Position numbers and translations under genes: made by a program. Of a DNA stretch of 23,967 nucleotides, positions 12,501 through 22,835 are shown piece by piece. The stretch covers positions 143,012,186 to 143,036,152 of the forward strand of contig JANKJI020000004.1 of the NCBI GenBank assembly GCA_024626585.2, in the 5' to 3' direction. Positions within the stretch are counted from its first letter, which is position 1, and the number at the start of each line of letters is the position of its first letter. Below the pieces are notes generated by a model that did not search any database, was not told where the DNA came from, and saw nothing but the letters and a program-made list of their open reading frames with translations. Origin of the DNA: Ginkgo biloba (lineage: Eukaryota; Plantae; Ginkgophyta).

Positions 12501-13340
12501 GCACTAGCCTCTAAAGACAACTTGAGCTTTTTCACACTTAGTAGATAAGATTTGTATGACTTTCCAAGGATGTAACATCTAGTGAAATCAAAGTACTAAG
12601 AGCTTGACATAAACTTGCAAGAAATGGAAAGTGTGTAGTCCGATGGTAAAATTGATTAAAGACATAACGAATAAGTGTTATTGAAAACTATATGCCTTAC
12701 TAGGCACATACTCCTAATTGCTCTTCTTCTCATTGCAATGAATGAGGTGCAAAGCCTAGATCTATGTTGTTTTACTATATTTTTTCCTACATGAAATGAA
12801 ATAAACTTGTAATCAAAATATAATGTTCATTCACTCAAATGTAATCATCCATTGCCACTAGGCTTTTGTGATTCCCTAGTATGCATTGGAGCAACGCAAC
12901 TTTTCAAATTCTTACAATCTTTATCATTTGATGACTATTACAAGTCAAGGTCCAACCATGAAAAGGCCAATATTAACAGCAATAAGGTTGATGTTAGGAT
13001 GACATCTGTTCAGTACAAGTCTCAAGTGTTAAATATAAAAAGACATTAAGACAATAGGGGAGTGTGAAGTTGGTGCAACAGAGGTGGAAGTGTTCACAAC
13101 TCATCATACAAATGATTGCACACCCATTTGTATGAAGTACACCAAGACTTCATATTAATTACCAACAAATAGAGGGGAAGAGCATACCTCACAAGGTTGA
13201 TTTATTGGTAATAAGCTCATCAATTCCTTTTAACAATATTTAATTTAACAATTATTCTCAACCAAATACCGCAAGTTTGACTCCTATAATAGTGCACTAG
13301 ATAGTATGTCCATTTCACGATATGTAAGAGTATCTTAGGG

Positions 13341-14352
13341 TGTGATGCAGGAGCATCCGACGCTTTTGAAGTGCAGATGGCCGACACCGTCGGCAGAGGG
13401 AAGAACTGATGTCGGAGACGTCTTAACACATTTCGTTGGTACCGACACCGTCGGAGACCCGATGACCGACATCGTTGGAAGTCCCTATACCGACACCATC
13501 AGAGAACCTAGGGCCGATATCGTCGGAGGTCACCGACAGAATTTGAAAAGAATCACCGACGGAGAAGTTGATCACCGACACCGATGGAGAGGGAAGCTAC
13601 ACAAGAGTTCGTCGGTGGATAATCCAAATGACTTCGTCGACGACTGACAAGGCTGAGCAGTGGTCGTAAAGTGCACCATCTGGAATAAAGAGTAGACCGA
13701 CACGAAAGAGCTTGTTATTTCCTTTGGACATTGGACTAGTGCACCTAGACAGGTTCGGCAGTGCGGAAGAGCATTTAATGACAGTGCCATTGTAGGAGTT
13801 ATGGCATACCTAACCAATCTGTTGGAAGCGCAGAGAGACGTTGGGAGCTGAAGCACCTACCATTGGATGAAAAGCTATAAAATTGGACCACCTGGTGGAA
13901 ATAGGGGGAGAGAGTTCAGAGCATCGAGAGGCTGCCAAATTTTCGAGCCAGCTAAGGGTCAGAGTAGAGAGACAGGCGACTGAAGAGAGAGACAGAGTCC
14001 CGAGCTCAGCACAATAATGCCNNNNNNNNNNNNNNNNNNNNNNNNNNNNNNNNNNNNNNNNNNNNNNNNNNNNNNNNNNNNNNNNNNNNNNNNNNNNNNN
14101 NNNNNNNNNNNNNNNNNNNNNCCTGATCAGTTGTAATTATGGCTTTTAGCTGCCTCTTTGTCAATTGATTGGTTAAAGTTCATTATGCTTTGGCTCTTGA
14201 ATTTTTGTGTGGTTGTATTGTTGGGTGTATGATTTATTGATTGGGTTATTTTTCATGCATTTACTTTGAATGTTCTTCACTTAAAGCACATTTCTGCCAT
14301 TCACTTCCATCCCATTCATCTTTGCAATTGCCCGGAAAAACAGGTCACAACA
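13341..14352 (+). mobile_element. CpG-rich, probably younger solo-LTR-like insertion (gap inside)
   Basis: Abrupt GC/CpG rise from TGTGATG (13341), internal repeat array, TATAAAA at 13876, GA-rich stretch, T-rich tail, possible ...CACAACA end at 14352. No matching TSD seen. Confidence 0.6.
13380..13590 (+). repeat. Array of ACCGACACCGTCGG-type palindromic units, 24-bp period in the core
   Basis: Units start at 13441, 13465, 13489 and 13513 (24-bp spacing), with looser copies at 13380, 13532, 13555 and 13574. The core CCGAC-nnn-GTCGG is self-complementary. Confidence 0.85.
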
Positions 14353-14439
14353 CTCATGTCACATATTTTCTTCCATTACCTTATTGTTTCGATGCTCTAG
14401 GTCACTGGCAGTAGGTCTTATACTTGTTGTTTGTGTGAA

Positions 14440-14730
14440 TTCATCCACAAATTTGAAGACAGACAACAACATCTCGCACTAGGGGACTACTCCCCGTGGT
14501 TGGAAAGCAATCAACCCAAATAGAGAGGTACTTTGGTGGTGACAAAGCCATTCTACCTATAATTATCATTTGAGAACTAGCTATAGAAGACATTGCAGTA
14601 CCGGGTGATAACACTACCATATCAAAGTTCCTCAACCAGGATGTAAAGGTAGCCTATCTCCATAAGACTTACCACCACAAAGTGACAATTGGATAGTTGA
14701 GAGAGTGTAATTCCCCAATATTCCATGTAT
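14440..14730 (+). mobile_element. Highly decayed Ty3/gypsy integrase C-terminal fragment
   Basis: Motif remnants in the expected order across frameshifts: HPQI*RQT (14442, cf. HPQTDGQT), KVAY (14646), DLPPQS (14666), PIFHV (14715, cf. HPVFHVS). Confidence 0.62.
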
Positions 14731-15789
14731 GAAGTTGTTTCATTCATGTATTTGATTACGAATTCCTCATGGATTCAAAGGTGCATGGAAGTCTAATTCA
14801 CAAAAATATGACAACGTGGATGTGAATAGCATTCTGGTGGCTTATATGCTACATAAGAACATTTATTTCTTCTAAATTTGTGTGAGGTTCAAGAGCCCAA
14901 TTGGATTTGTGGAGAGCCAAGCCATGGGAATAATGGATTGAGTTTGGAGGACTTTGGTAATCTCTCACTTCACTCTCGTCATGTTTGTGAGGAAGTTTCC
15001 CTTAATGAGTATTGCAATCTTCCCTTTTCCATACAATTTCTCTTGGAAACTTTGGAGAAAGATGAATTAATGCTTGTTCATGAGTTGGATTGCATGATAT
15101 CATGCTCTTTTGGCAACAGAAGATAGAGACACATACCTTAAAGCTCGAATTGAGATTGGATTTGCAGAGGAGATTTTCAACACTCGAGAGCACATGTTGG
15201 ATACAATGTCTAATGTACCCTATTAGCACATTCCCATTTTCTCCACTCATCTTATGAGATGAAGAGGTAAATCATTGTTTTTTTACATTAGATTCGAAGT
15301 TATTAAGAGATTCCAAACATTTTCCCAAGTCATTGGTGAACCAAATGCTGGAAGTTTTTAATGTGAACTATATGGTGATGCTCAATACTTCAACCCAAAG
15401 ATATGTAATCATATGTTAGGTGATAGGCCATCTCAAGAACATGGATCCAATGAAGTAAGGAAGAGAAGCCCACTTTACTAAGGAAGTAGTTAGACACTAG
15501 AATCAATGTGAGCTCAATTGAGGAGCTTAAAACAAAGAAGGCTTGAACTACCCATTGGATTCTCAACCACAGTATTAAAGTCAAGGAATGGATGGAAAAT
15601 ATTGCCTAGTTTACCATGAATAGAGGCTTATAGGAGAAACCTGAGACTAGCAAGCATGGATTCCAAATGCAGTTAGTGCGCTAATTGACCATACTTGGAA
15701 AATGGTAAGTTGGAAAGAGGTTGGTTGTAGTGGTGATCTATTTGTGAATGAACATTGCTTGCTAATCATTGACAAAGTTTAATATATGT

Positions 15790-15960
15790 TATAAGTTGAG
15801 CCTCATGGAGGTAGCAATTCTATGTACATTGATAATCAATCCCTTTTTGTGGGATATATAACTCTATAAATTTAAAGAAATAGATTATATTTTGAAGCTT
15901 AATGTAAGAGCTCTACATAGCATCACTTCTTCTTTTTAATAAAATCATTCTTTTATCTTA
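15790..15960 (+). mobile_element. LTR 3'-portion-like motif related to family B
   Basis: gagcctcatggaggtagcaattctatgtac...tttaataaaatc resembles aatcctcatgtgaggtagcaactttgtgcac...tttaataaaagc at 8327-8473. Confidence 0.45.
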
Positions 15961-16307
15961 TGATTACAACGTATGAATGTGAACTTCAATTATTATAATT
16001 TACTTTCATTGTACACATAGTATTAATAACCTTAATTGCTAAATAAAATTGAGTAGCCAAGCGTTTTACGTCATATGAATCTATCTAGCTTGAATAATAA
16101 AGAAACAACATTGCAATGATCTTTGAATAATATGTAATCACTATACATAGGGTTTAACTTATTAATTTGATACAAATGATGGTTTTTATTGAGTTCATTA
16201 TTTCTCACACTGATTCACCATAAGAGATAGTGTTAGTGCCATGTGGAGTGATATGCATAATCCCACTATGGTATCAATGTTAACTTATGTTACTACATTA
16301 AAAACTC

Positions 16308-16341
<34 letters not shown>
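16308..16341 (+). repeat. (CT)n microsatellite running into an assembly gap
   Basis: About 17 CT units with one interruption, followed by an N run. Confidence 0.95.
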
Positions 16342-17315
16342 NNNNNNNNNNNNNNNNNNNNNNNNNNNNNNNNNNNNNNNNNNNNNNNNNNNNNNNNNNN
16401 NNNNNNNNNNNNNNNNNNNNNNNNNNNNNNNNNNNNNNNNNGAAGTGGAAAACCCTCAATAAATAACCCAATTCTTGGGATCATTTTGTAATGTTTTCAC
16501 TGTTTGTTTTCGTAAGAATCAAACCCTATTTTTGCTTATTTGGGGAAAAATTGTAGTCTTTTCTTTTTGAGTAATATAATTTAGTCTTTGTCCATTGAAT
16601 GCAATCCATTTTGTCTAACACCTGTAAAGACATTCCTTATAGATAGAACATTCTAACATAAAAAACTATGCAAATACATTACATAAAAAAAAAGAAAACA
16701 TTAGAGAAGAATTAATTGACGATATTTGTATTCATAAATAATAAGGGAGGAATTATCAAGGTAACTAAGTTATTTCTATTTGGCTTCATCTTATTCGAAA
16801 AGAACAAATTATGTGGAGAATTAAGTGTGTTTGGAATATGTATGTTTTATTTCTATTAAAAAGAATGTACCCAAACCTTAAACATTTGTGCTTATGGCAT
16901 TTCATTTTCCAAAACTTTGAAACCTAAATTTCAAAACTCTAAAACCAAAATTTTCAACTAGTATATTTTCTAGCCCCAAACTCTAGAATTGTATTTTTCT
17001 TTTCTAGAGAACTTAGGATAAAATGTATGGACATGTAAAAATGATAGCCATAATTCATTCTTTAGTGTCTAATAGAATGCATGATATGATTAGTGTCCCT
17101 CTATTCCCTAAGCACTAAAAAAGGGGGTTTTAATTATAGACTATATGTTCATTATATATTACATGTGGAAGTATATGGTAATAATTATATATTACATTCA
17201 CTAATGGACAATGTATTGTGATGGATTCAATTCAATGCAATAGAAGATAAGTCTCTTAGTTCATCTTGATATGATAAAAAAGAATTTTAATATTGTTTGA
17301 GTTGTTTTGTAGTAG

Positions 17316-17475
17316 GTGGGTACAAAGGTTGAAGCAAAGGATAACAATGGTTCAACACCTCTATATTGGGCAGCAAGCAGAGGTCACGTGAGAGTAGTTA
17401 CTGTGTTGGTACATGACGCTGGAGTCGATCCCTCATTCGCAAATATACATCGATCCCCACTTCATGTCGCTGCAG
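17316..17475 (+). CDS. Internal coding exon B of the same ankyrin-repeat gene (missed by the ORF track)
   Basis: T-rich acceptor 'gttgttttgtagtag|', then an open frame VGTKVEAKDNNGSTPLYWAASRGHVRVVTVLVHDAGVDPSFANIHRSPLHVAA, then donor GCAG|GTTAGT at 17476 (phase 1). Joins exon A in frame as ...SWLIQ|VGTKVEAKD..., continuing the 33-aa period. Confidence 0.92.
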
Positions 17476-18029
17476 GTTAGTTTTATATTTACAACTACTT
17501 ATGATAGTCTTGGAGGATACAGGTTGTATTCAGTAGATATTTTCCTTAAAAAGTAGCACTTCAATGTGAACTTAAAATTTTTGTGGAAATGTAATGATTT
17601 ACACGGGAAACTCAACAAAAGTATATGTACTAATACTTTGGTTAGGATTTTGTGGATTATGTACCTTACAACATGCTTATCATAAGATTGTTTATGTAAG
17701 ATTGACTAAAGGGTGTAGGATATTTAGACATGTGTCATCATATAACAACTCGCCTTAACTTGTTGGATAGTTTAATGTTCGCCACATGTCACTTGGCTAT
17801 CTAATTGCACTTTGAGGTGTACTTTAAGTCAAGTTAGTCGTCTTGCTTTAGCTTTAATTGACTTTAGCTTTGTGTTAAATATGGTAAGCCTATGTATGCT
17901 TGTGCATGTTGCACACATGGCTTCCATGNNNNNNNNNNNNNNNNNNNNNNNNNNNNNNNNNNNNNNNNNNNNNNNNNNNNNNNNNNNNNNNNNNNNNNNN
18001 NNNNNNNNNNNNNNNNNNNNNNNNNNNNT

Positions 18030-18469
18030 ATTCATTTCCCTAATCAATCATTTATTATTTGTTATTGCAACCAAGTTTTACTTGGTGTATTCAATCATTT
18101 TGCACTAGTTTGTTCTGCAACCAATAACTATGGTTTTATTATTATTGACAATTTGTAACTTTCAACGATCAATAATAGGTATCCAATGACCAATAACCGA
18201 TTTTCAAAATGACCAATAATTGTTGATTCTATTGCAATCGATAACTATCGATTGCTATGACTCGCAACTTGCTACTATTGCAAGCGACAACTGGTTGCTA
18301 TTGCAACCAAACACTCCAAAAACCATAGTTTTTTTTAGCATCAAAATTCAGCGAAGCCCAAACCCCGTCAACAAGGCAAACAAAGACCAACTAGTTTACA
18401 AGACCAATACAAGTATAACGAAAGCATCATACGCAACCTTGAGACCTAATAAATAATTCTAGTGTAGTG
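18030..18469. mobile_element. Possible CACTA (En/Spm) end with subterminal repeats
   Basis: Repeated motif GCAACCAATAAC / ATGACCAATAAC, a 10-bp perfect inverted pair at 18234-18255, and a terminus TAGTGTAGTG at 18460-18469 (reverse complement CACTACACTA). Other end and 3-bp TSD not confirmed. Confidence 0.45.
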
Positions 18470-19199
18470 ATTGACGAGATCACAAAGAGTCCCGACTCAA
18501 TAGAGTTACCAACCACCAGGTAGGAATTGTCCATTGCCACATGAGAATAACATGGTAGGTAGTGAGTCCCACATATCCCTAGACTCTCATCAAAGCTCAA
18601 AAGTAAATGTAATATATATTTCATTAATAAGCAGGTTAAGGAGATTGTTAGTACTACAGTAGGGAACATAACCATCTATTGTTGGATGCAGGGATTGCCT
18701 AAGGGGCTCTTCTATACGGGCAACCAAACTTCCAATGCATAAATCAGCCCCTGCCAACTATTAATGATCGACTAAACTCCATCCTTTAACCTATCACTAG
18801 ATGAGAGACCAGGCACAGGTCTATCTCTGATCCATTTTTGCAATTGAGATAATTCTCTAGACAACTGTCAAGTATCATTCCCCTAACTGATAGTATGGTT
18901 TTTGGAATAAACCCTATATAGAAACCCTACCGGTTCTAACCACCATGATGTTTGTACACCTAGACCATGGTCAATCCTATATCCATAGCCAAATCATCCA
19001 TAACTACTCCAATAGTTATGAAACCCTATAGTTACACCAATGACCATAGACCAATAGACAAGAGAAGTACTTTCGGGCTACTTAACCTACCCTATTGTTA
19101 GTAGCCCTTACAAAAATGAATGTTAAACATCAAAATAAAGTCTCATATCGAGGTGCCTTAATCCTAATACTCCCATCCCCCAATAGGTCTCCGGTTGTG

Positions 19200-20130
19200 C
19201 TTCCTATCATCCTAGTCTCTTCCTAGGGTTTGTTAGCACAGGTAGGAAAAATTATTTTAAAAAATTCATATAACATTTATTAATCATAAGTACATCCATA
19301 AATAACCATGGATTACATAAAACAATCCTTTGACCAAGGGTGCCCTACCCTAGTGAATTAATATACATAAAATCAAGGTGTAATTCCACTAATTAACCAT
19401 GCACAGCCATGAAATACAATTTTATCCTAAATTTATCCAAAAATTTATAGAAATTTGCATTAATATATGGTAGCCAAATTAATTATGAAACTAGCATTTC
19501 ATGAATACATACCTTTTCGCAAACTTATGTAGATAGAAAGCTTTGGTTGATTGACCCAAGCAATCCTATCGAAAAAAACGTCTCTTTTCAATAGCTCTAG
19601 GTCCAACAACTTGTGTTGTTCAAGTATCCAACAATGCAAAATCTTTAGCCAAAACAAGGTTTCAACTTGCTAGAAAACCTTGTGTCACCTTCCAAATGCA
19701 ATTAGTGCATCACAACATGTCAAATAACCCTAAAAACACCTCTATTGAGGTCACCCTACACCAAAGAAGAAATCTAAACACTTTTTAGGAAAATTAGGCA
19801 TTGAAAGGTCGCTATATTGAAGAGGGCTCAACTCCACTATGTGGAGGAAACTATCATAGCAGAAAACGACTTCTAGGATACTTGTTCCTCTTTCCTCCCT
19901 ACAAAATCACTTTAATTAGGTGTAATAAATGATCCAAAAGGGGTGCCTTGCTATATAAAATAGATATGAGCAATTTATTCTTCAAAATATGCACTAGAAA
20001 TTATTATACAAGAGGATCTCTAGCTTCAATTATGAAAGAAGTAGACAATGCCCAAAAATAACAATTTGCATAAGAGAGGATTTTCAACTTGAAATTAGAA
20101 ATTGTTCAAGAGAATAGGGACTCCCTACTA
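19200..20130. mobile_element. Repeat family A copy, same orientation as 11501-12500
   Basis: Collinear shared motifs with 11501-12250 (see that feature). May extend leftwards to ~18470. Confidence 0.7.
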
Positions 20131-20211
20131 TAGAGAATAATTCTAAGCATTCATAATAGAAAAAGCCTTTAGAATCATGTTACAACATGAAAACACCTGA
20201 CTCCTCTATTA

Positions 20212-21197
20212 TGCAAGAATTTACTAAGGAAAATAACGACTCACCAAAATGACCACTATTGAGAATTTAGAAAAGTTAAAGGGGCATTGGGAAGATGAAT
20301 AGTCACCAAAAGCTAAGCAATCACCAAGAGATGAACAGTCATTGGGTGAATTGTCACTGAAAGTTGAACGGCCATTGGAAGCTAAACGATCACCTGAAGT
20401 TAAATAGTCACTGGAAGATGAATAGTTAAGTGAAGGTGAACAATCACCAAGAGATGAATAGTCATTCAACGAATGGCCATTGGAATCAAAACGGTCATTG
20501 GAAGTTGAAAGGTCACTAGAAGCTAAATAATCATCAAGAGATGAACAATCATTAGGCAAACAACCACTAAAAGTTGAATGGTCATTGCAGGTTGAATGGT
20601 TTCCAAAAGTTGAACGGTCATTGGAAGCTAAAAGACCATCAAAAGATGGATAGGCACAAGAAGTTGAATAGTCATCGAAAGGTGAATAGGCACAGGAAGG
20701 TGAAAGTCCATTAGATGTTGAACAATCATTGGAAGTCAAACAATCACTGGAAGATGAACGGTCACCAAAAGGTGAAAGGACATAGGAGGTGAAGAGCCAA
20801 AGGTCATGGAGACCATGGGTCATCTCTCTTCTATTTAAACAATGTGAAGGATTGAGAAAAGGGGGGGAGCTTGGAGGAGAGCTCACCACAAAGTTTTGAG
20901 TCTTTATCCTTATAACTCTTTTATTTTTTCTTAGTAATGGTAACCCGAAAGGGGGTCACAGGTGATCCAATTGGGTTTGAGGCTATATTGTGGATGGTTT
21001 CTATTGCTTGGATCCATTGTTGAAATGAATGATGGATATTATATGTGGTAATTATGTAGCAATTCTCACTACATTTATCTATTTGATTTCCATGGAGATG
21101 AATGCATGAATTGGATGATGGATTATAGCAGTAATTGTATTCAAACATTATGTTCTTCATTCTATTGGAACGTTGAGGTTGTTTCGGATGTGTTACA
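20212..21197 (+). mobile_element. 5' LTR of a tRNA-iMet-primed LTR retrotransposon
   Basis: Tandem array, TATTTAAA at 20832, purine-rich stretch, T-rich tail, ending ...TGTTACA (21197) directly before a PBS. Left boundary uncertain. Confidence 0.72.
20291..20785 (+). repeat. Minisatellite, 28 units of 18 bp (three of them 15 bp)
   Basis: Consensus approximately GAAGNTGAAYRGTCAYYR, e.g. gaagatgaatagtcacca, aaagttgaacggtcattg. 15-bp units at 20345, 20468 and 20555. Confidence 0.95.
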
Positions 21198-21513
21198 GTG
21201 GTATCAAAGCCAACTACGATTTGAAAGAGGACTTATGTTGGAAATAATGTCTCCTCTATCCAAGTTCAAAATTACCTTGNNNNNNNNNNNNNNNNNNTGT
21301 ACAGTATTATGTGGATAGTTTAATTTGAGAGGACAAAATCTAAAAATGACAACAGTGGTATCAAAGCCAACTACGATTTGAAAGAAGACTCATGTAGCAT
21401 GGAAATAATGTCTCCTCTATGCAATTTCAAAATTACATTGTTTGAAGCACCTACGAGGTTGTAAAGAATTATGTGGATAGTTTAATTTGAGAGGACAAAA
21501 TCTGAAAATGACA
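21195..21513 (+). repeat. ~160-bp tandem duplication containing the PBS
   Basis: Copy 1 is 21195-21351 (18 N inside), copy 2 is 21352-21513. Both start acagtggtatcaaagccaactacgatttgaaaga and end gagaggacaaaatct(a/g)aaaatgaca. Second PBS at 21356-21368. Confidence 0.9.
21199..21211 (+). other. Primer-binding site (tRNA-iMet type), copy 1
   Basis: TGGTATCAAAGCC one base after the LTR terminal CA, one mismatch to canonical TGGTATCAGAGCC. Confidence 0.85.
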
Positions 21514-21652
21514 TTTTCAGCATTAAGCAATGCTTCTTCATGGATCTAATTGAAAACCAAATGCATTTGTCAGGGGTAGTTCAAATCCTACTTGATTTNN
21601 NNNNNNNNNNNNNNNNNNNNNNNNNNAAAATAAAATATGGTTTTGTAGTTCT

Positions 21653-21881
21653 TGGTGAAATATGAGAGGTAGATATAAAGACAGAATTAAACACGAATAC
21701 TTCACATTTATTTGATTGTATTACATTGAAACATAATGTACATTTATAATGTTATTTGAAAACTACGGCTTAAAGACAACACAACTTTCTACTTAACACA
21801 AAACCCAACATGTCACAGTGACCAACATAACTCAGCTAACTATACCCTAGTTAACTTAGAAGTGTCATTACAATTAAAAGA
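21653..21881 (-). repeat. Copia 3' LTR (~230 bp)
   Basis: tggtgaaatatgagaggtagatataaagac... matches 23904 onward. The right end abuts the PPT complement; terminal bases are mutated so the end is approximate. Confidence 0.8.
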
Positions 21882-22019
21882 TCCCTCTTAATGGCAACTT
21901 CNNNNNNNNNNNNNNNNNNNNNNNNNNNNNNNNNNNNNNNNNNNNNNNNNNNNNNNNNNNNNNNNNNNNNNNNNNNNNNNNNNNNNNNNNNNNNNNNNNN
22001 NTTGTTTACATAATTATTT

Positions 22020-22835
22020 ATGTACCATTTTTCTGATTCTACCTATCATCCTTCCTCATTTATAGTCTTTTGCATGATGACCTATTTTTCTACAATTATA
22101 ACAATTTCCTTTGGGACTTTGTTGACTGCACCTATATTCATTATTATTGAATTCTTGACTTGGAGGGGGATTTGATTTTATTGGATATGCAACCTGTTTA
22201 TCTTTGAAATTTTCCCTTGAAGCAAAGTCACTTTTACTTTAACTTGATTCTTCATACATTCTATCACTTTATTCTTGTTGTGACAAAATACTAGACAATT
22301 CATCAAAGAATATGGTACTAACCTTACAATTTATAAAAAAGGTTTGTCTCAATCCCTCATATGTTCTTAACAAGCTAAGAAGGGTTTTTTGTATGAAATC
22401 CTTCTTCTCAAATATTTATCCAATGGCTATAAGTTAGTTTTTGATATTCTTCAATTTTGTTAAGTGACTCGTCATATCTTCATTATTTGCCATCTTCAAA
22501 TTGTAAAGTTGTTCCTTTAAAGTTAAACTAGTTGTATTAATAGGTCTCTCATATATTTTCTTTTAAAATTTTCAAGAATGATTGATTATTTTTTCATCTG
22601 AAATGAAAGTAATAATTTCATTTGTTACACTCAATATAATTGAACCTCAAGCATCACTTTCTCTCAAATCAAATTTTTCCTTTTCATCTGGATCACTAGG
22701 AGTTTTTTCTTTGCCAAGAGTGATATTCCACCAACGTTTTCCATTAAGAAGTTGTTCCATTTTAATTTTCCAAATATGATAATTCTTCCCATCAAATTTT
22801 TCATCAAGAACCACAATATTTGATACACTAGCCAT
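22020..22835 (-). pseudogene. gag: Copia gag pseudogene (UBN2/Retrotran_gag_2-like region plus zinc knuckle)
   Basis: MASVSNIVVLDEKFDGKNYHIWKIKMEQLL (copia FDGxNYxxWKxKM motif), LKEQLYNLKMANNEDMTSHLTKLKNI, and CYNCRKIGHHAKDY at 22103-22062 (CCHC with last Cys to Tyr). Multiple stops. Confidence 0.92.

Larger units (their letters stand above)
9309..17315 (+). other. ~8.0 kb GT-AG intron (length includes N gaps) filled with TE remnants
   Basis: GT at 9309-9310 and AG at 17314-17315. The flanking exons join in phase 0 with unbroken ankyrin periodicity, so no additional exon is required. Confidence 0.8.

Noticed and set aside
13380-13590. CRISPR-like array (palindromic repeats with variable spacers)
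   Set aside because: Repeats of ~13 bp and spacers of ~10 bp are too short and degenerate, there are no cas genes, and the context is a eukaryotic LTR.
13342-13856. ORFs 13342-13647 (+) and 13572-13856 (-) as genes
   Set aside because: By-products of GC-rich repeats within the LTR-like block; no recognisable domain.
14878-15250. Overlapping 82-aa ORFs
   Set aside because: Lie downstream of decayed gypsy integrase and show no identifiable motif.
20224-20889. 221-aa ORF as a host protein-coding gene
   Set aside because: Coincides with the 18-bp minisatellite inside an LTR, and the register is intrinsically stop-poor. Kept only as a finding.
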